Shown: positions 1 through 10,028, counted from the stretch's first letter. The stretch: DNA of 64,000 bases from Patescibacteria group bacterium (GCA_028288925.1 JAQGHG010000019.1:72047-136046); one strand, 5' to 3'. Notes: generated from the letters alone by a model not told the origin. Made by a program: numbers and translations.

Positions 1-204
1 CACTTCGTAGTATAGCCGGTTGTTCGAACCATCCGACGACACCAGCCCCACCGACAGCAAATTGGCCAATTCCCGTCGCACCGAGTTAATTTGTTCGTCA
101 ATCTTGCGAGTAATCTCACGCACATAAAACGGCCGGCCCGGGTTGTTAAAAAACAAACTCAGGAGCTTTACCCGCGTCTTCGAACCAAAGAGTTGTTCGA
201 CCAT
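1..204 (-). CDS. Winged-helix (ArsR-like) transcriptional regulator, runs off window edge
   Basis: Manual translation MVEQLFGSKTRVKLLSLFFNNPGRPFYVREITRKIDEQINSVRRELANLLSVGLV...RLYYEV; wHTH pattern; not in ORF track. Confidence 0.8.
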   Translation of the reverse strand, partial: MVEQLFGSKTRVKLLSLFFNNPGRPFYVREITRKIDEQINSVRRELANLLSVGLVSSDGSNNRLYYEV

Positions 205-254
205 GATGTTGCCTTACGAACCTCATTACACTTGTTGCCCAAAGTATACCAGAG

Positions 255-315
255 GGAGGCTCCCGGGGGTAGGGAGGCTCCTGCCGCGAGGAGGCTCCCC
301 GCTAGAGGAGGCTCC
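255..315. repeat. GGAGGCTCC array, 4 copies
   Basis: Copies start at 255, 273, 290, 307 (period 17-18 bp). Confidence 0.85.
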
Positions 316-1660
316 GCAGCAGCGCCACGCCCGCCGCCAGCATCACCGCGAAGCACACCCACAAACCGAGCTGCGACAGCCAGCCGCTGCGGTAGTCGCC
401 CATCACATCCCGCCGCCGCGACACCCGGGCGATCAGGAAAATCAGCGGCACCGCCGCCACCCCATTGAACACAGCGGTAAAGATCAAAGCCTTAATCGGA
501 TCCAGGCCAATAAAATTGAACACCAACCCGGCCAACGTCCCAAATATAATCACAAAGTAAAATTCGCGGGCCTGCTTAAACTTCCGGAACAGCCCCTCGC
601 GCCAGTTAAACGTCTCGGCGATCGCGTACGACGATGACCCGGCCAACACCGGCACGCTCATCAGTCCAATCCCCACCACACCAACCGCGAAAATCACCTT
701 GGCCACGTAGCCGGCATTATTGAAACCATGCACCAACGGCTCCAAGGCCTTGGCCGCGTCTGCCGCCGAATCAATGTTGGTCACCCCGGCTCCACCCAAC
801 ACCACCGCCCCCACCACGATAATGAACCACGCCGTCACATTCGAAAACAACATCCCCAGCGCCGTATCAATCCGCAGCCGCTTCAGGTACGGCTTCGTGA
901 TCCTAGGCACGCCGCCCCGCTGGGCCAGCCGGTGCGCCGCGATTTCGTCCTCCACCACCTCGCTCGTCTGCCAAAAGAACAGATACGGCGAAATCGTGGT
1001 GCCCAAGATCGCCACCACAATGTACAAGAACTCCACATTCAGCTCGATATGCGGCACAAACGTCGCCTTCAGCACCTCCAACCACGGCACATTCACCAAG
1101 AACGCCGTGATGGGGTAAGCCAATAGCGCCACTGCTAACCACTTCAAGATCCGCACATACGTCTTGTACGATACGAGCACCTCGAGCATCAGCATTACTA
1201 CCGCGAAAAACACCGCGAGCAGCGCGAACGGCGCCTTCACGATCAATTGCATACTCGCCGCCATCGCCCCGATATCCGCGCCAATATTGAGCGTGTTGGC
1301 CAGCACTACCAAGAGCACCACCGGGTATAGCACCCACCGCGGATAATGCTCGCGGATCACCGCCGCCAGTCCCTTGCCCGTCACCGCGCCGATCCGCATG
1401 CAAGCCTCCTGCACCGCCGTCATCAACGGGTAGGTAAAAAGCATCGTCCAGGGCATATGGAAGCCAAACTGGGCCCCCGCCTGCGAATACGTCGCTATAC
1501 CTGAGGGATCATCGTCGGCCGCGCCGGTAACAATCCCCGGTCCCAAAATACGCAAAAACCGCCCAAACCCACGCTTATTCGCGTGGCGCTTGGACCCTTC
1601 CGGCGCCTTGGTGGCGTCAAGCTCGGCCTCGGTAATCGCCTCGTCTGGTAACTCAATCAT
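302..1660 (-). CDS. NRAMP/MntH-family divalent metal transporter
   Basis: GPGIVTGAADDDPSGIATYSQAGAQFG and GTTISPY motifs; many TM segments. Confidence 0.9.
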   Translation of the reverse strand: MIELPDEAITEAELDATKAPEGSKRHANKRGFGRFLRILGPGIVTGAADDDPSGIATYSQAGAQFGFHMPWTMLFTYPLMTAVQEACMRIGAVTGKGLAAVIREHYPRWVLYPVVLLVVLANTLNIGADIGAMAASMQLIVKAPFALLAVFFAVVMLMLEVLVSYKTYVRILKWLAVALLAYPITAFLVNVPWLEVLKATFVPHIELNVEFLYIVVAILGTTISPYLFFWQTSEVVEDEIAAHRLAQRGGVPRITKPYLKRLRIDTALGMLFSNVTAWFIIVVGAVVLGGAGVTNIDSAADAAKALEPLVHGFNNAGYVAKVIFAVGVVGIGLMSVPVLAGSSSYAIAETFNWREGLFRKFKQAREFYFVIIFGTLAGLVFNFIGLDPIKALIFTAVFNGVAAVPLIFLIARVSRRRDVMGDYRSGWLSQLGLWVCFAVMLAAGVALLRSLL

Positions 1661-1765
1661 CAGTACCTATAAGCATAAGCACCGTGAGGCCTGTTTGTCC
1701 AGATCAGAACCAAAAAAAGAATCGAGGGGAAACCGGCCGGTAAGCCACCCGAAATTTGTAAAAAG

Positions 1766-2488
1766 CTACCGCGGCCGCCCCGCCGCCACCCGCGCCGCTG
1801 CCAACTCCCGCCGGTCATCCAGCGGCTCCAGCTCGGTCACTTGCCACCGCCGCCGTACCGCCGCCAGCAGCAGGTGGTCCGCCAGCCCCGGATTCTTCGG
1901 CAACACCGGCCCATGCAGGTACGTCCCGATGGCATTCTCGCTCACCGCGCCCTCCTGCCGACTCTTGGGGTTATTCCCGTGACCCTTCCGCACCTCGCCC
2001 AGCGCCGCCTGCCCCGGCTCCAGTATCGTCTGGCCCGAATGATTCTCGAAGCCCACCAGCTCTCCAAAGGGGCTGTCGATCACCACGTTGCCGATCATCC
2101 GCGTCCGGCCGCCAATCGTACTCGCCCGAAACACATCAATCCCCGGAATCTCCTGCCCTTCCAACGTCGTAAACCCGCGCCCAAAGAGCTGATACGTCCC
2201 GCAAATCACCAGCATTGGCACGCCGTCAAACGCCATCTGCCGCAGGTCATTTCCGCGGCTTATCAAATCTTCACCCATAATCAGCTGGCCCGAGTCCTGA
2301 CCGCCCCCGCCGAACACCAGATCCACTTCCCCAAAATCAAATGGCTCCCCGATCTCCACCGGCCGCACCTCTACACCGTAGCCGCGCCACTCCAGCCGCT
2401 TCTTGAGCGTAATAACATTGCCCAAATCACCATAAATATTCATTTCGCGCGGGTATAAATGCGCGATAACCAGCTTTTTCACTTCCAC
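1766..2488 (-). CDS. gatD: GatD/CobQ-like glutamine amidotransferase
   Basis: NIYGDLGN, GGGQD, ICGTYQLFG, GFENH, GTYLHGP; overlaps end of murT. Confidence 0.9.
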   Translation of the reverse strand: MEVKKLVIAHLYPREMNIYGDLGNVITLKKRLEWRGYGVEVRPVEIGEPFDFGEVDLVFGGGGQDSGQLIMGEDLISRGNDLRQMAFDGVPMLVICGTYQLFGRGFTTLEGQEIPGIDVFRASTIGGRTRMIGNVVIDSPFGELVGFENHSGQTILEPGQAALGEVRKGHGNNPKSRQEGAVSENAIGTYLHGPVLPKNPGLADHLLLAAVRRRWQVTELEPLDDRRELAAARVAAGRPR

Positions 2489-3855
2489 ACCTCCTGCATC
2501 TTAGCCTTGCGCGCCAGCAGCTTGCGAATCGCCAGCATCGCTGTATACGTCGGCAGTATGTAAGCCGTCTCGCCCTGGGGCGTCGCCTGCAGCAGCTCAG
2601 CCAACGCCGCCTCAAACTCCTCTACCACCCGCGCTTCCATGCCCGCGTAATGCAGCCGCACCGCCATATCCGTCGCCCGCACGCCCGTCGCCAGCACCGT
2701 CGGTCCGCTCGTCTCCAACGCTTCCAAAGGCACATCCCACAACCAGCTCACATCGCGGCCATCGGCGTCCAGGTCATTAATCGCGAATAATACCTTCAAA
2801 TCCTTCCGCCCGATCAAAAACGTATCCAGCACCTGCGCAAATCCGGCGGGATTCTTGATCAGCAGCAGGCACAATGTCCGCCCCTCTATCTCTACCTGCT
2901 CCACCCGGCCGAAGGCCGCCTCAGTGCGCTCCAGCGTCCGCGCGACCTTGGCCTGCTCCAGCCCCAAGCCATGCGCCAAGCTCATCGCCGCCAGAGCATT
3001 GTAAAGATTGTACGTACCCGGCAGCGGAAACTTCACCTCGCTACGCTTACCACTCACCGCCACCGTAAAACGCGCGCCTCCCAAGCCCGCCTCTTCCACG
3101 CTCGTGATAGCCACGCTCGGCTGCGGCCGCGCGAAGTGCCCTTTGGGGCACCGGTAATGCCCGATGTGCCCATAAAATACCCGGCTAAACACCAGCCGTG
3201 TCCGGCACACCGGACACCGGTCCGAATCTGTCGCCGTCTGGTGCGCCGTCTTGCCCGCCACCGGCAGCCCCTCCACGCCGAAGTAGTTCACCAATTCCGG
3301 CGCGGCCGCGTACTTGGCCAGGCTCGCCACCAGCGGATCGTCGGCATTCAGATACAGCCGCGCCTTGGTAGCCGCGATCCCCTGGCCGATCAGCGCCGCC
3401 GTAGTATCCAGCTCGCCATAGCGGTCCAGCTGGTCGCGAAACAAATTCAGCACCACAATGTGCTCCGGCAGCAGCTCCGGCGCCACCTGCCGCAAGCTCG
3501 CCTCATCCACCTCAAACAGCCCGATCGTATAGTCCCCCAGCCGTCCGCGCCCATCCGCCGCCGCGATCAGCGCCGAGGTCACCCCGCGCTTCAGGTTCGA
3601 TCCGGTGCTATTGGTAAGCACCCGCTCGCCACCAGCCTCCAGCGCCGCCGCGATCAGCTTGGTCGTGGTAGTCTTGCCGTTGGTCCCGGTCACCACGATC
3701 ACCCCATGCGGCAGCCCAGCCGCCAGCTTCCGGGCCAGATGCGGATCCAGCCGCTCAGCCATCAGCCCTGGCAGCGCCTGCCCCCCACCGCGCCCCAGTA
3801 CCCGGCTCAATCTGGCCGCTGTCTTGGTAATCGCAAGCGTGAGTAGTACTGACAT
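2479..3855 (-). CDS. murT: MurT lipid II isoglutaminyl synthase (Mur ligase family)
   Basis: VTGTNGKTTT, EVDE, NLFRDQLDRYGE, Cys-rich insert, DGRDVSWLWD; start chosen at ATG 3855 after TATAAT. Confidence 0.9.
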   Translation of the reverse strand: MSVLLTLAITKTAARLSRVLGRGGGQALPGLMAERLDPHLARKLAAGLPHGVIVVTGTNGKTTTTKLIAAALEAGGERVLTNSTGSNLKRGVTSALIAAADGRGRLGDYTIGLFEVDEASLRQVAPELLPEHIVVLNLFRDQLDRYGELDTTAALIGQGIAATKARLYLNADDPLVASLAKYAAAPELVNYFGVEGLPVAGKTAHQTATDSDRCPVCRTRLVFSRVFYGHIGHYRCPKGHFARPQPSVAITSVEEAGLGGARFTVAVSGKRSEVKFPLPGTYNLYNALAAMSLAHGLGLEQAKVARTLERTEAAFGRVEQVEIEGRTLCLLLIKNPAGFAQVLDTFLIGRKDLKVLFAINDLDADGRDVSWLWDVPLEALETSGPTVLATGVRATDMAVRLHYAGMEARVVEEFEAALAELLQATPQGETAYILPTYTAMLAIRKLLARKAKMQEVWK

Positions 3856-3933
3856 ACCCCCATTATACGTGCGATCCCGCCCGCCCGCGACCATAGGCAA
3901 AAATTGACAAAAATTACGTATATATCGGCCCGC

Positions 3934-4815
3934 CTAACCCCTCGCCAGAAACTCCCGCACTAGTTTGTCCGCCTCGTCCACATCCTCCAGCCACTGGATC
4001 GCCGGATTGCGCTTAAACCATGTTTGCTGCTTCTTCATCAGCGCCATGTCGCCTCGCACAAAATCCGCCACGCCTTCCGCCGCCGATTTCGTTCCCAACA
4101 CTACGTCTTTAAAGGCCCTGTAGCCAATCACATCTAACGCCGCGGAGTCCCAACCATACGTCACGCCAATATGCCGCACTTCTTCAGTAAACCCTCTGCC
4201 AAGCATTTTTTGCACTCTTTGTTCAACTCTAAATTGAATAATTTCTTTGTTCAAAGCTAGTCCCAGCACCAATACTCCCGGCCGCACAGCTTGCCGCCGT
4301 CCGCGCCCTTGCCCGGCTGTTTCAACCGCCCGGATCACCCGCCGCCGGTTCGCTAAATCCACCCGCTCGTAGGCCGCGGCATCCTCCGCCGCCAGCAGTT
4401 CGAGCAGCTCCTCATCGCTCATCGCCTCCAACTGTGCCCGCCGCTCCGGCTCGGCCTCGGCCGGAAACTGGTAATCAAATAGCACCGCGTCCACATACAA
4501 CCCGCTCCCGCCCACCAGAAACGGCAGCTTGCCCCGGGCAACAATATCCGCGATAGCCGCCTCCGCCAGCGTCTTAAACGCCGCCGCGCTCAGCCGCTCG
4601 CCTGGGTCCACCACATCGAGCAGATGGTGCGGCACCCGCGCCCGCTCCCCGGCCGTAGGCTTAGCCGTCCCGATATCCATGCCCCGGTAAATAGTCCGGG
4701 AATCCGCGCACACAATCTCGCCGTTAAAGCGCTCGGCCAGATCCAGCGCCAGATCGGTCTTACCCGAAGCCGTCGTGCCCACGATCGCGATTAGCCTTGG
4801 CTCCGCAGCCTTCAT
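3934..4815 (-). CDS. miaA: tRNA dimethylallyltransferase
   Basis: GTTASGKT, DSRTIYRGMDIGTAKP, VGGSGLY, KKQQTWF. Confidence 0.95.
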   Translation of the reverse strand: MKAAEPRLIAIVGTTASGKTDLALDLAERFNGEIVCADSRTIYRGMDIGTAKPTAGERARVPHHLLDVVDPGERLSAAAFKTLAEAAIADIVARGKLPFLVGGSGLYVDAVLFDYQFPAEAEPERRAQLEAMSDEELLELLAAEDAAAYERVDLANRRRVIRAVETAGQGRGRRQAVRPGVLVLGLALNKEIIQFRVEQRVQKMLGRGFTEEVRHIGVTYGWDSAALDVIGYRAFKDVVLGTKSAAEGVADFVRGDMALMKKQQTWFKRNPAIQWLEDVDEADKLVREFLARG

Positions 4816-5117
4816 TGTTGTGGCCACCACAACAAACTATCAATATCCACCAGATAATCCTCGGCTACTTCCACGCCCTCGGCTCGCAATAATTCCGCCT
4901 GCGCGCTCCGCCCACCATAAAACCCGGCCGCCAGCCCGCCGCGCTTGTTTACTACCCTGTGCCAGGGCAAATTCTCGAGCCCAAAGTGTGCCACGCCGCC
5001 CACCATGCGCGCCGCCCGTGGACTCCCGCACAACGCGGCTATCTGGCCGTACGTCATCACCCGGCCCTCCGGTATTCGCGCCACGTATTCATATACCCGA
5101 TCGGCAAACTCACTCAT
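4812..5117 (-). CDS. MGMT-family alkyltransferase-like protein (Atl/YbaZ type)
   Basis: IPEGRVMTYGQIA, ARMVG, PWHRVVN (Trp in place of catalytic Cys). Confidence 0.9.
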   Translation of the reverse strand: MSEFADRVYEYVARIPEGRVMTYGQIAALCGSPRAARMVGGVAHFGLENLPWHRVVNKRGGLAAGFYGGRSAQAELLRAEGVEVAEDYLVDIDSLLWWPQQ

Positions 5118-5715
5118 ATGCTGGTTTAAAGCCTCTCACCCGCTCCGCCCACACCGGCGTCGCCTCAATGTATCGCAAGTATCCCAATACCTCGTCTACC
5201 CACGCCGGCGGATTGTATTGCGCCAAGAGCAGTTTGCGTAGGGCGCCAAGGGTCGGGCCGGCTATCAAGTAGCCTGCGATTATGCCGTGCCACAACGCCG
5301 CGTCCTCCGGCCGCACTCCAAAAGTCAGCTCCTCTTCGCGCGTCCGCCACAACCCGGCCGCCGTATCACGCGGATTGCCCGCTTGTTCATACAGCGCCAC
5401 GTCGCTCAGCAATTTCACCGCGTTCGAAAACGGCTTCCAGACATCGTACGAGGGGTCTACCTTGTAGCGCCGCACCCAGACGTTCCATTGCAAATCAAGA
5501 TAGCCATGGAACGCGAACCCTGCCCACCAAGAGCTCTTCTCCGCCAGTACATCCTCAAGCCGCGGCCGACCCGGATGCGTCCGGCTCCGCTCTACCACAC
5601 CCAGCACTCGAATATCCGGAAAAATCGTCCCGGACAAAAATTCCTGCGGTTCATACTCCGGATGGAGGGCCAGAAACCGCTGGGCATGAACGATGTGGGA
5701 AATCTCAGAGGGCAT
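5110..5715 (-). CDS. Putative zinc-dependent phospholipase C-like hydrolase
   Basis: N-terminal His, GTIFPD, TH and GFAFHGYLD metal-ligand spacing. Confidence 0.5.
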   Translation of the reverse strand: MPSEISHIVHAQRFLALHPEYEPQEFLSGTIFPDIRVLGVVERSRTHPGRPRLEDVLAEKSSWWAGFAFHGYLDLQWNVWVRRYKVDPSYDVWKPFSNAVKLLSDVALYEQAGNPRDTAAGLWRTREEELTFGVRPEDAALWHGIIAGYLIAGPTLGALRKLLLAQYNPPAWVDEVLGYLRYIEATPVWAERVRGFKPAYE

Positions 5716-5719
5716 ATCT

Positions 5720-7573
5720 CTACAATACGCTCTTGGACGCCCGCTCACTCACCTCGCGCCGCAGCGCCGCCGCGAACTCATTCACGCTCAAGTCGCCGTC
5801 AAACTCGCCATGACCCTGGCGTAACCGCGGGCTCACCCGGCCGCTCTCGCGCTCCTTCTCGCCCAGCACCAGCGTGTACGGCACCTTGGCCAGCCCGCCG
5901 GCCCGGATCTTCTTGCCTACACTCTCGGCGGTGGCGTCCACGCCTACGCGCAGGCCCACCGTCTCCAGCGCGGCCTTGAGCTGGTAGGCGTAGTCCATAA
6001 TCTCCTGGGAATCGTTGATCGGCGCGAGCCGCACCTGCTCCGGCGCCAGCCATAGCGGAAACGCTCCGGCGGTACTCTCGATCACCAGCACCATAAACCG
6101 CTCAATCGAGCCCATGATGGCCGCGTGAATCATCACGATTCGCTCGCGCTCACCGGCCTCGTTATTGCAAGTGAGGTCGAAGCCTTCCGGCTGCCCAAAG
6201 TCGAGCTGGATCGTTCCGGCCTGAAACTCCCGGCCCAGCGCGTCGCGGCCCATAAAGTCGATCTTGGGACCATAAAAGGCCGCTTCGCCTGGGCCATCCA
6301 TATACTCCACGCCTTTGCTCTCGATCACCGACTTCAGCTGCGATTCCGCCCGGTCCCACATCGCCTGGTCGCCAATGTAATTATCCATCTTGTCCGGATC
6401 ATGCCGGCTTAGCCGTACTTTGAGATCAACCCCAAACGTCGCGTTCAACTTGTTGATAATATCCCAAATCTTGCCAATCTCGCCCTCAATCTGCGCCGTC
6501 CGGCAAAACACGTGCGCGTCGTCCTGCGTAATCGCCCGCACCCGGCTCAAGCCGCTCAGCTCACCGCTCTGCTCGTCGCGGTATACCACCGCCGTCTCGC
6601 GGTAGCGAATCGGCAGGTCGCGGTAGCTCCGCGTCTGCGAAGCATAGATTTGGGTATGATGCGGGCAGCTCATCGGCTTCATCGCAAACTCATGCCCTTC
6701 GCGGGTCTTAACCTTAAACAGGTCTTCACTAAACTTCTTCCAGTGGCCGCTCTTAATGTAGAGCTCCTTCTTGGTGATATGCGGGGTCGTCACTTGCTGG
6801 TACCCGCCACCAATCGTCTGCCGTAGCTCCTGCACATACTTGTTCAACTCTTCGCGAATTATCGTTCCACGCGGGGTAAACAGCGGCAATCCCGGCCCCA
6901 CCAGGTCCGAAAATACGAACAAGTCCAGTTCCTTACCCAGCTTCCGGTGATCGCGCTTCTCGGCCTCTTTGATCATCTCCAATTGTTTGTGCAGCTCGTC
7001 TTTCGTTGTAAATCCTACACCATAGATCCTCTGCATCATCGGGTTTTTCTCGTTGCCCCGCCAGTACGCTCCAGATACGCGCATCAGTTTGAAGGCCCCT
7101 ACCTTACCCGTGGACTCCACATGCGGCCCGCGGCACAAGTCGGTGAACGGCCCGTCCGAGTAGATGCCCACTTCGTCCACTTTGGCGCCCTCATCCACTC
7201 CCAGCTGCGCCCGGTCAATATCTTTCGCCACCGTCGTGCCGTGTTCTTTGAGGTCGTTCAGGAGGTCCAGTTTGTAGTCCTGCTTTTGCGCCTTGAAGTA
7301 ACTTATGGCTTCATCAAGCCCCATAACCGAGTGTTCAAATTTATAGTTCGCCTTCACAACCTCCTTCATCTTTGACTCTATCTTAGCCAAATCATCGGCG
7401 CCTAGCTTCTGCTCCAGGTCCACATCGTAGTAAAACCCATTCTCCACCACCGGCCCGATCCCAAACTTCACACCCGGGTACAGCTCCTGAATCGCCGTCG
7501 CCATAATATGCGCCAGCGAATGCCGCATCGCGAATAATTGCTTCTCGTTATCGTTCTCTTCGTGCTTACTCAT
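5720..7573 (-). CDS. thrS: Threonyl-tRNA synthetase (no N-terminal TGS domain)
   Basis: RHSLAHIMA, DLCRGPH, RDHRKLG, KPMSCPHH, AAFYGPKID, HAAIMGSIERF. Confidence 0.97.
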   Translation of the reverse strand: MSKHEENDNEKQLFAMRHSLAHIMATAIQELYPGVKFGIGPVVENGFYYDVDLEQKLGADDLAKIESKMKEVVKANYKFEHSVMGLDEAISYFKAQKQDYKLDLLNDLKEHGTTVAKDIDRAQLGVDEGAKVDEVGIYSDGPFTDLCRGPHVESTGKVGAFKLMRVSGAYWRGNEKNPMMQRIYGVGFTTKDELHKQLEMIKEAEKRDHRKLGKELDLFVFSDLVGPGLPLFTPRGTIIREELNKYVQELRQTIGGGYQQVTTPHITKKELYIKSGHWKKFSEDLFKVKTREGHEFAMKPMSCPHHTQIYASQTRSYRDLPIRYRETAVVYRDEQSGELSGLSRVRAITQDDAHVFCRTAQIEGEIGKIWDIINKLNATFGVDLKVRLSRHDPDKMDNYIGDQAMWDRAESQLKSVIESKGVEYMDGPGEAAFYGPKIDFMGRDALGREFQAGTIQLDFGQPEGFDLTCNNEAGERERIVMIHAAIMGSIERFMVLVIESTAGAFPLWLAPEQVRLAPINDSQEIMDYAYQLKAALETVGLRVGVDATAESVGKKIRAGGLAKVPYTLVLGEKERESGRVSPRLRQGHGEFDGDLSVNEFAAALRREVSERASKSVL

Positions 7574-7575
7574 AA

Positions 7576-7893
7576 TTACTCCTTACTCTTCTCGTCATGC
7601 ACTCGCACGTGATGACCATTATGCTCCACATACTGACGCTTCTCGTTCTTTTCCAGTTTGGCCGCCACCTCTTGCTCCAGATCAACGTCCAACATCCGTG
7701 CCAGGCCCACCACAAACAACATTACATCAGCCAATTCTTCGCCAACGTCCGGTTTGGCTTTACGATGGGCTTCGTACGCCTCGGCCAATTCTGCATAAGT
7801 ATAGTTAAACTCACGCTCAATATTAGTCGTATTAAAGCCCCTGGCCACTTTATTGGCCCACACGCGCTCCTCTAGCTCCTTCATATATCCCAT
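7576..7893 (-). CDS. MazG-like nucleotide pyrophosphohydrolase
   Basis: ELAE...GEELADV motif, KLEKNEKR tail, SD AAGGAG. Confidence 0.85.
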   Translation of the reverse strand: MGYMKELEERVWANKVARGFNTTNIEREFNYTYAELAEAYEAHRKAKPDVGEELADVMLFVVGLARMLDVDLEQEVAAKLEKNEKRQYVEHNGHHVRVHDEKSKE

Positions 7894-7911
7894 AAGTCAC
7901 TCCTTATATAA

Positions 7912-8070
7912 CCAAACAACGCGCTATTACTAGCGCGTCTGGACCCACGAATGTGGGCGGTTCCACCAGACTTCCTTGGGAATTGCCCAAGACTCTCATC
8001 GGAGCCGGCGTACGCCACCGGCAGCGGGGCTGGCAGGTTGGTGAGGCCCGCGTCAAAACGCCCTATTCGA
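7912..8070 (-). promoter_or_regulatory. T-box riboswitch (Thr)
   Basis: Antiterminator TCTGG-TGGAACC-GCCCAC-ATTC-GTGGGT-CCAGA (7970-7938); terminator ACGCGCTA-GTAA-TAGCGCGT then TGTTT; ACC at 8042-8040; extended -10 TGaTATAAT at 8087-8079; upstream of thrS. Confidence 0.88.
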
Positions 8071-8109
8071 ATGCTGTGATTATATCACGACCACGGACAA
8101 TTCAGACTC

Positions 8110-8598
8110 TTAGTGCTTCCAAAACTGCCACCACGGAGCCTTGGCTGGGACTTCGCCCGGCTGGACAGGAGCTGCTTGGGCGGCATCAGCCGACTGCTGC
8201 ACAGCAGCAGAGGGCGCGGACGGTACGGCTGGAGCCGCTACGGGCTCACTACTAGCGGGCGCCGCTTCTGGCGCTGTGGGAGACGGAGTCACCGGGGCGG
8301 CCGGTTCTGAGTCGGGTGCGGGCGCCGGGTCGGGCACGACTACAGGCTCCGGATCGGGAACAACAACGGGATCGGGGGCGGGATCAGCAGCCGGGGTGGC
8401 CTCTTCGGCCTTCTCTTCTGCCGGTTCTTCCGGTTTTATATCGTCTGCCGGCTCAGATTTGGGCGGTTCAGAGACAGTTGCCCCACCTGCCTCGGCCGCG
8501 GCCTGCTTAGCCGCCTCTTCGGCGACTCTCGCGAGCTCTTCTGGACTGGTAGCCGAACTGCTAGCCTCGGGCTGCTTGATAGAATCAACGTCTGGCAT
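8110..8598 (-). CDS. Acidic Pro/Ala-rich low-complexity protein with C-terminal PWWQFWK motif
   Basis: SD AAGGAG before ATG 8598; PVVVPDP repeated twice. Confidence 0.7.
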   Translation of the reverse strand: MPDVDSIKQPEASSSATSPEELARVAEEAAKQAAAEAGGATVSEPPKSEPADDIKPEEPAEEKAEEATPAADPAPDPVVVPDPEPVVVPDPAPAPDSEPAAPVTPSPTAPEAAPASSEPVAAPAVPSAPSAAVQQSADAAQAAPVQPGEVPAKAPWWQFWKH

Positions 8599-8743
8599 TA
8601 TTTTGTTGCTCCTTTTTTGTTTTTGGACCTTAATGGACAAACCATAGCATAAGAGCTTTAAAACTTCAAGTGCCTTATTTTTACCCACAAAAAAGCCCGC
8701 TATTCCGCAGGCCTCTTCAGACTAATCGCGTCAAAATAATTGC

Positions 8744-8820
8744 TGGTGGATCCTAGAGGACTCGAACCTCTGACCCCCTCAACGTCAATGAGGTGCTCTA
8801 GCCAACTGAGCTAAGGATCC
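8744..8820 (-). tRNA. tRNA-Val(GAC)
   Basis: Cloverleaf GGATCCT...CCTCA-TTGACGT-TGAGG...GGTTCGAGTCC...CCA. Confidence 0.97.
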
Positions 8821-8932
8821 GGGCGTTACAAGTGCATAATATACTGCAATTCACCGTCAAAGGCAATGAGGGGCTTTTCTCTCTACTCAAAATAAGCTAT
8901 TATCTCCTGGTTAGACCCGCCCATTACACCAT

Positions 8933-9009
<77 letters not shown>

Positions 9010-9047
9010 AAGCATTTATACGTAAAAAGAGACCTCTAGGTCTCTTT

Positions 9048-10028
9048 TTACTGTCCAACCGCCCGTTCTGCCTCTCGTTGCTGCAATAATTGGCTCGTCT
9101 CCCGCACGGCCCGGCGATTAAACCCAAATCCATGTCGTCCCCAGTTAGTTTCGATCAAGGCAACTCTTCCAGGGTCGCGAATATTGTTGCGAAGATTGTC
9201 TACCCGAAATGCCTTATCGTTCACATCAGCCAAGATAGTAGCGCTTTGATCCGGCCCCATGGGAATATGGCTCAAATCATCATTCATTTGAGCCCTTGCT
9301 ACCGATACTTGCTCCCTACGCCAGCCCAGAGGATCACGCAGTAGCCGGCCACCCCGAGGTTTCTCAAGTTCCTGTGACGCTGGATCGGTCTCGTCACTGC
9401 CACGCATTCTTCGATAGGCATTATTGACGGCCTGCCGCGCCGCATCAACATGGGTGCCCAAATATCTTCGGCCATCCTGGCCCGCCGGCTGAGCAAGCAC
9501 CACGTGCCGGAATAACTCTGGGTGCCGCGCCCAAGCCGCCACTAGTCGAATCGCGCCGCGCGACTCACCCACGGCATCGGCCTGATCGATACCCAGCCGG
9601 GCCATGACCTCAACAATATCATCGGCTTGCGTTGCGTCCATATCGGAGATTGGCGCGCTTACACCTTCCATTTCCGTAAGCTTGGCGGCCCCTGGAAGCT
9701 TGCCCGTATAACGCAGGCCGATTACCTCCCGCTGATCTTCCTCGGCGAACGTCGCCAGACTCCAAGGTAGCTTTTGGTCGCCATTAATACCCTGTACGAA
9801 TACCAGAGGAATAGCGGGTTCACCTGTGCTGGGGTCGATCCGAATACGCTCCGGCCTGTATCTCAGAACCTCGCCATGCGCAAATTCCAACGTATCTACC
9901 CGAAACTCAGGATGCGAGCCTTCCGGGCTGGGAGTCTCATCCACACCTAGTTGATCCTTCATCTCCGCGGGGGAGGCAGCAGAAAACGGCACAGGTTCTT
10001 GAGATGACTCTTCTTCGTGTGACACCAT
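9048..10028 (-). CDS. Alpha/beta hydrolase-fold protein
   Basis: LVFVQG, GESRG nucleophile elbow, D...H near C-terminus. Confidence 0.7.
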   Translation of the reverse strand: MVSHEEESSQEPVPFSAASPAEMKDQLGVDETPSPEGSHPEFRVDTLEFAHGEVLRYRPERIRIDPSTGEPAIPLVFVQGINGDQKLPWSLATFAEEDQREVIGLRYTGKLPGAAKLTEMEGVSAPISDMDATQADDIVEVMARLGIDQADAVGESRGAIRLVAAWARHPELFRHVVLAQPAGQDGRRYLGTHVDAARQAVNNAYRRMRGSDETDPASQELEKPRGGRLLRDPLGWRREQVSVARAQMNDDLSHIPMGPDQSATILADVNDKAFRVDNLRNNIRDPGRVALIETNWGRHGFGFNRRAVRETSQLLQQREAERAVGQ

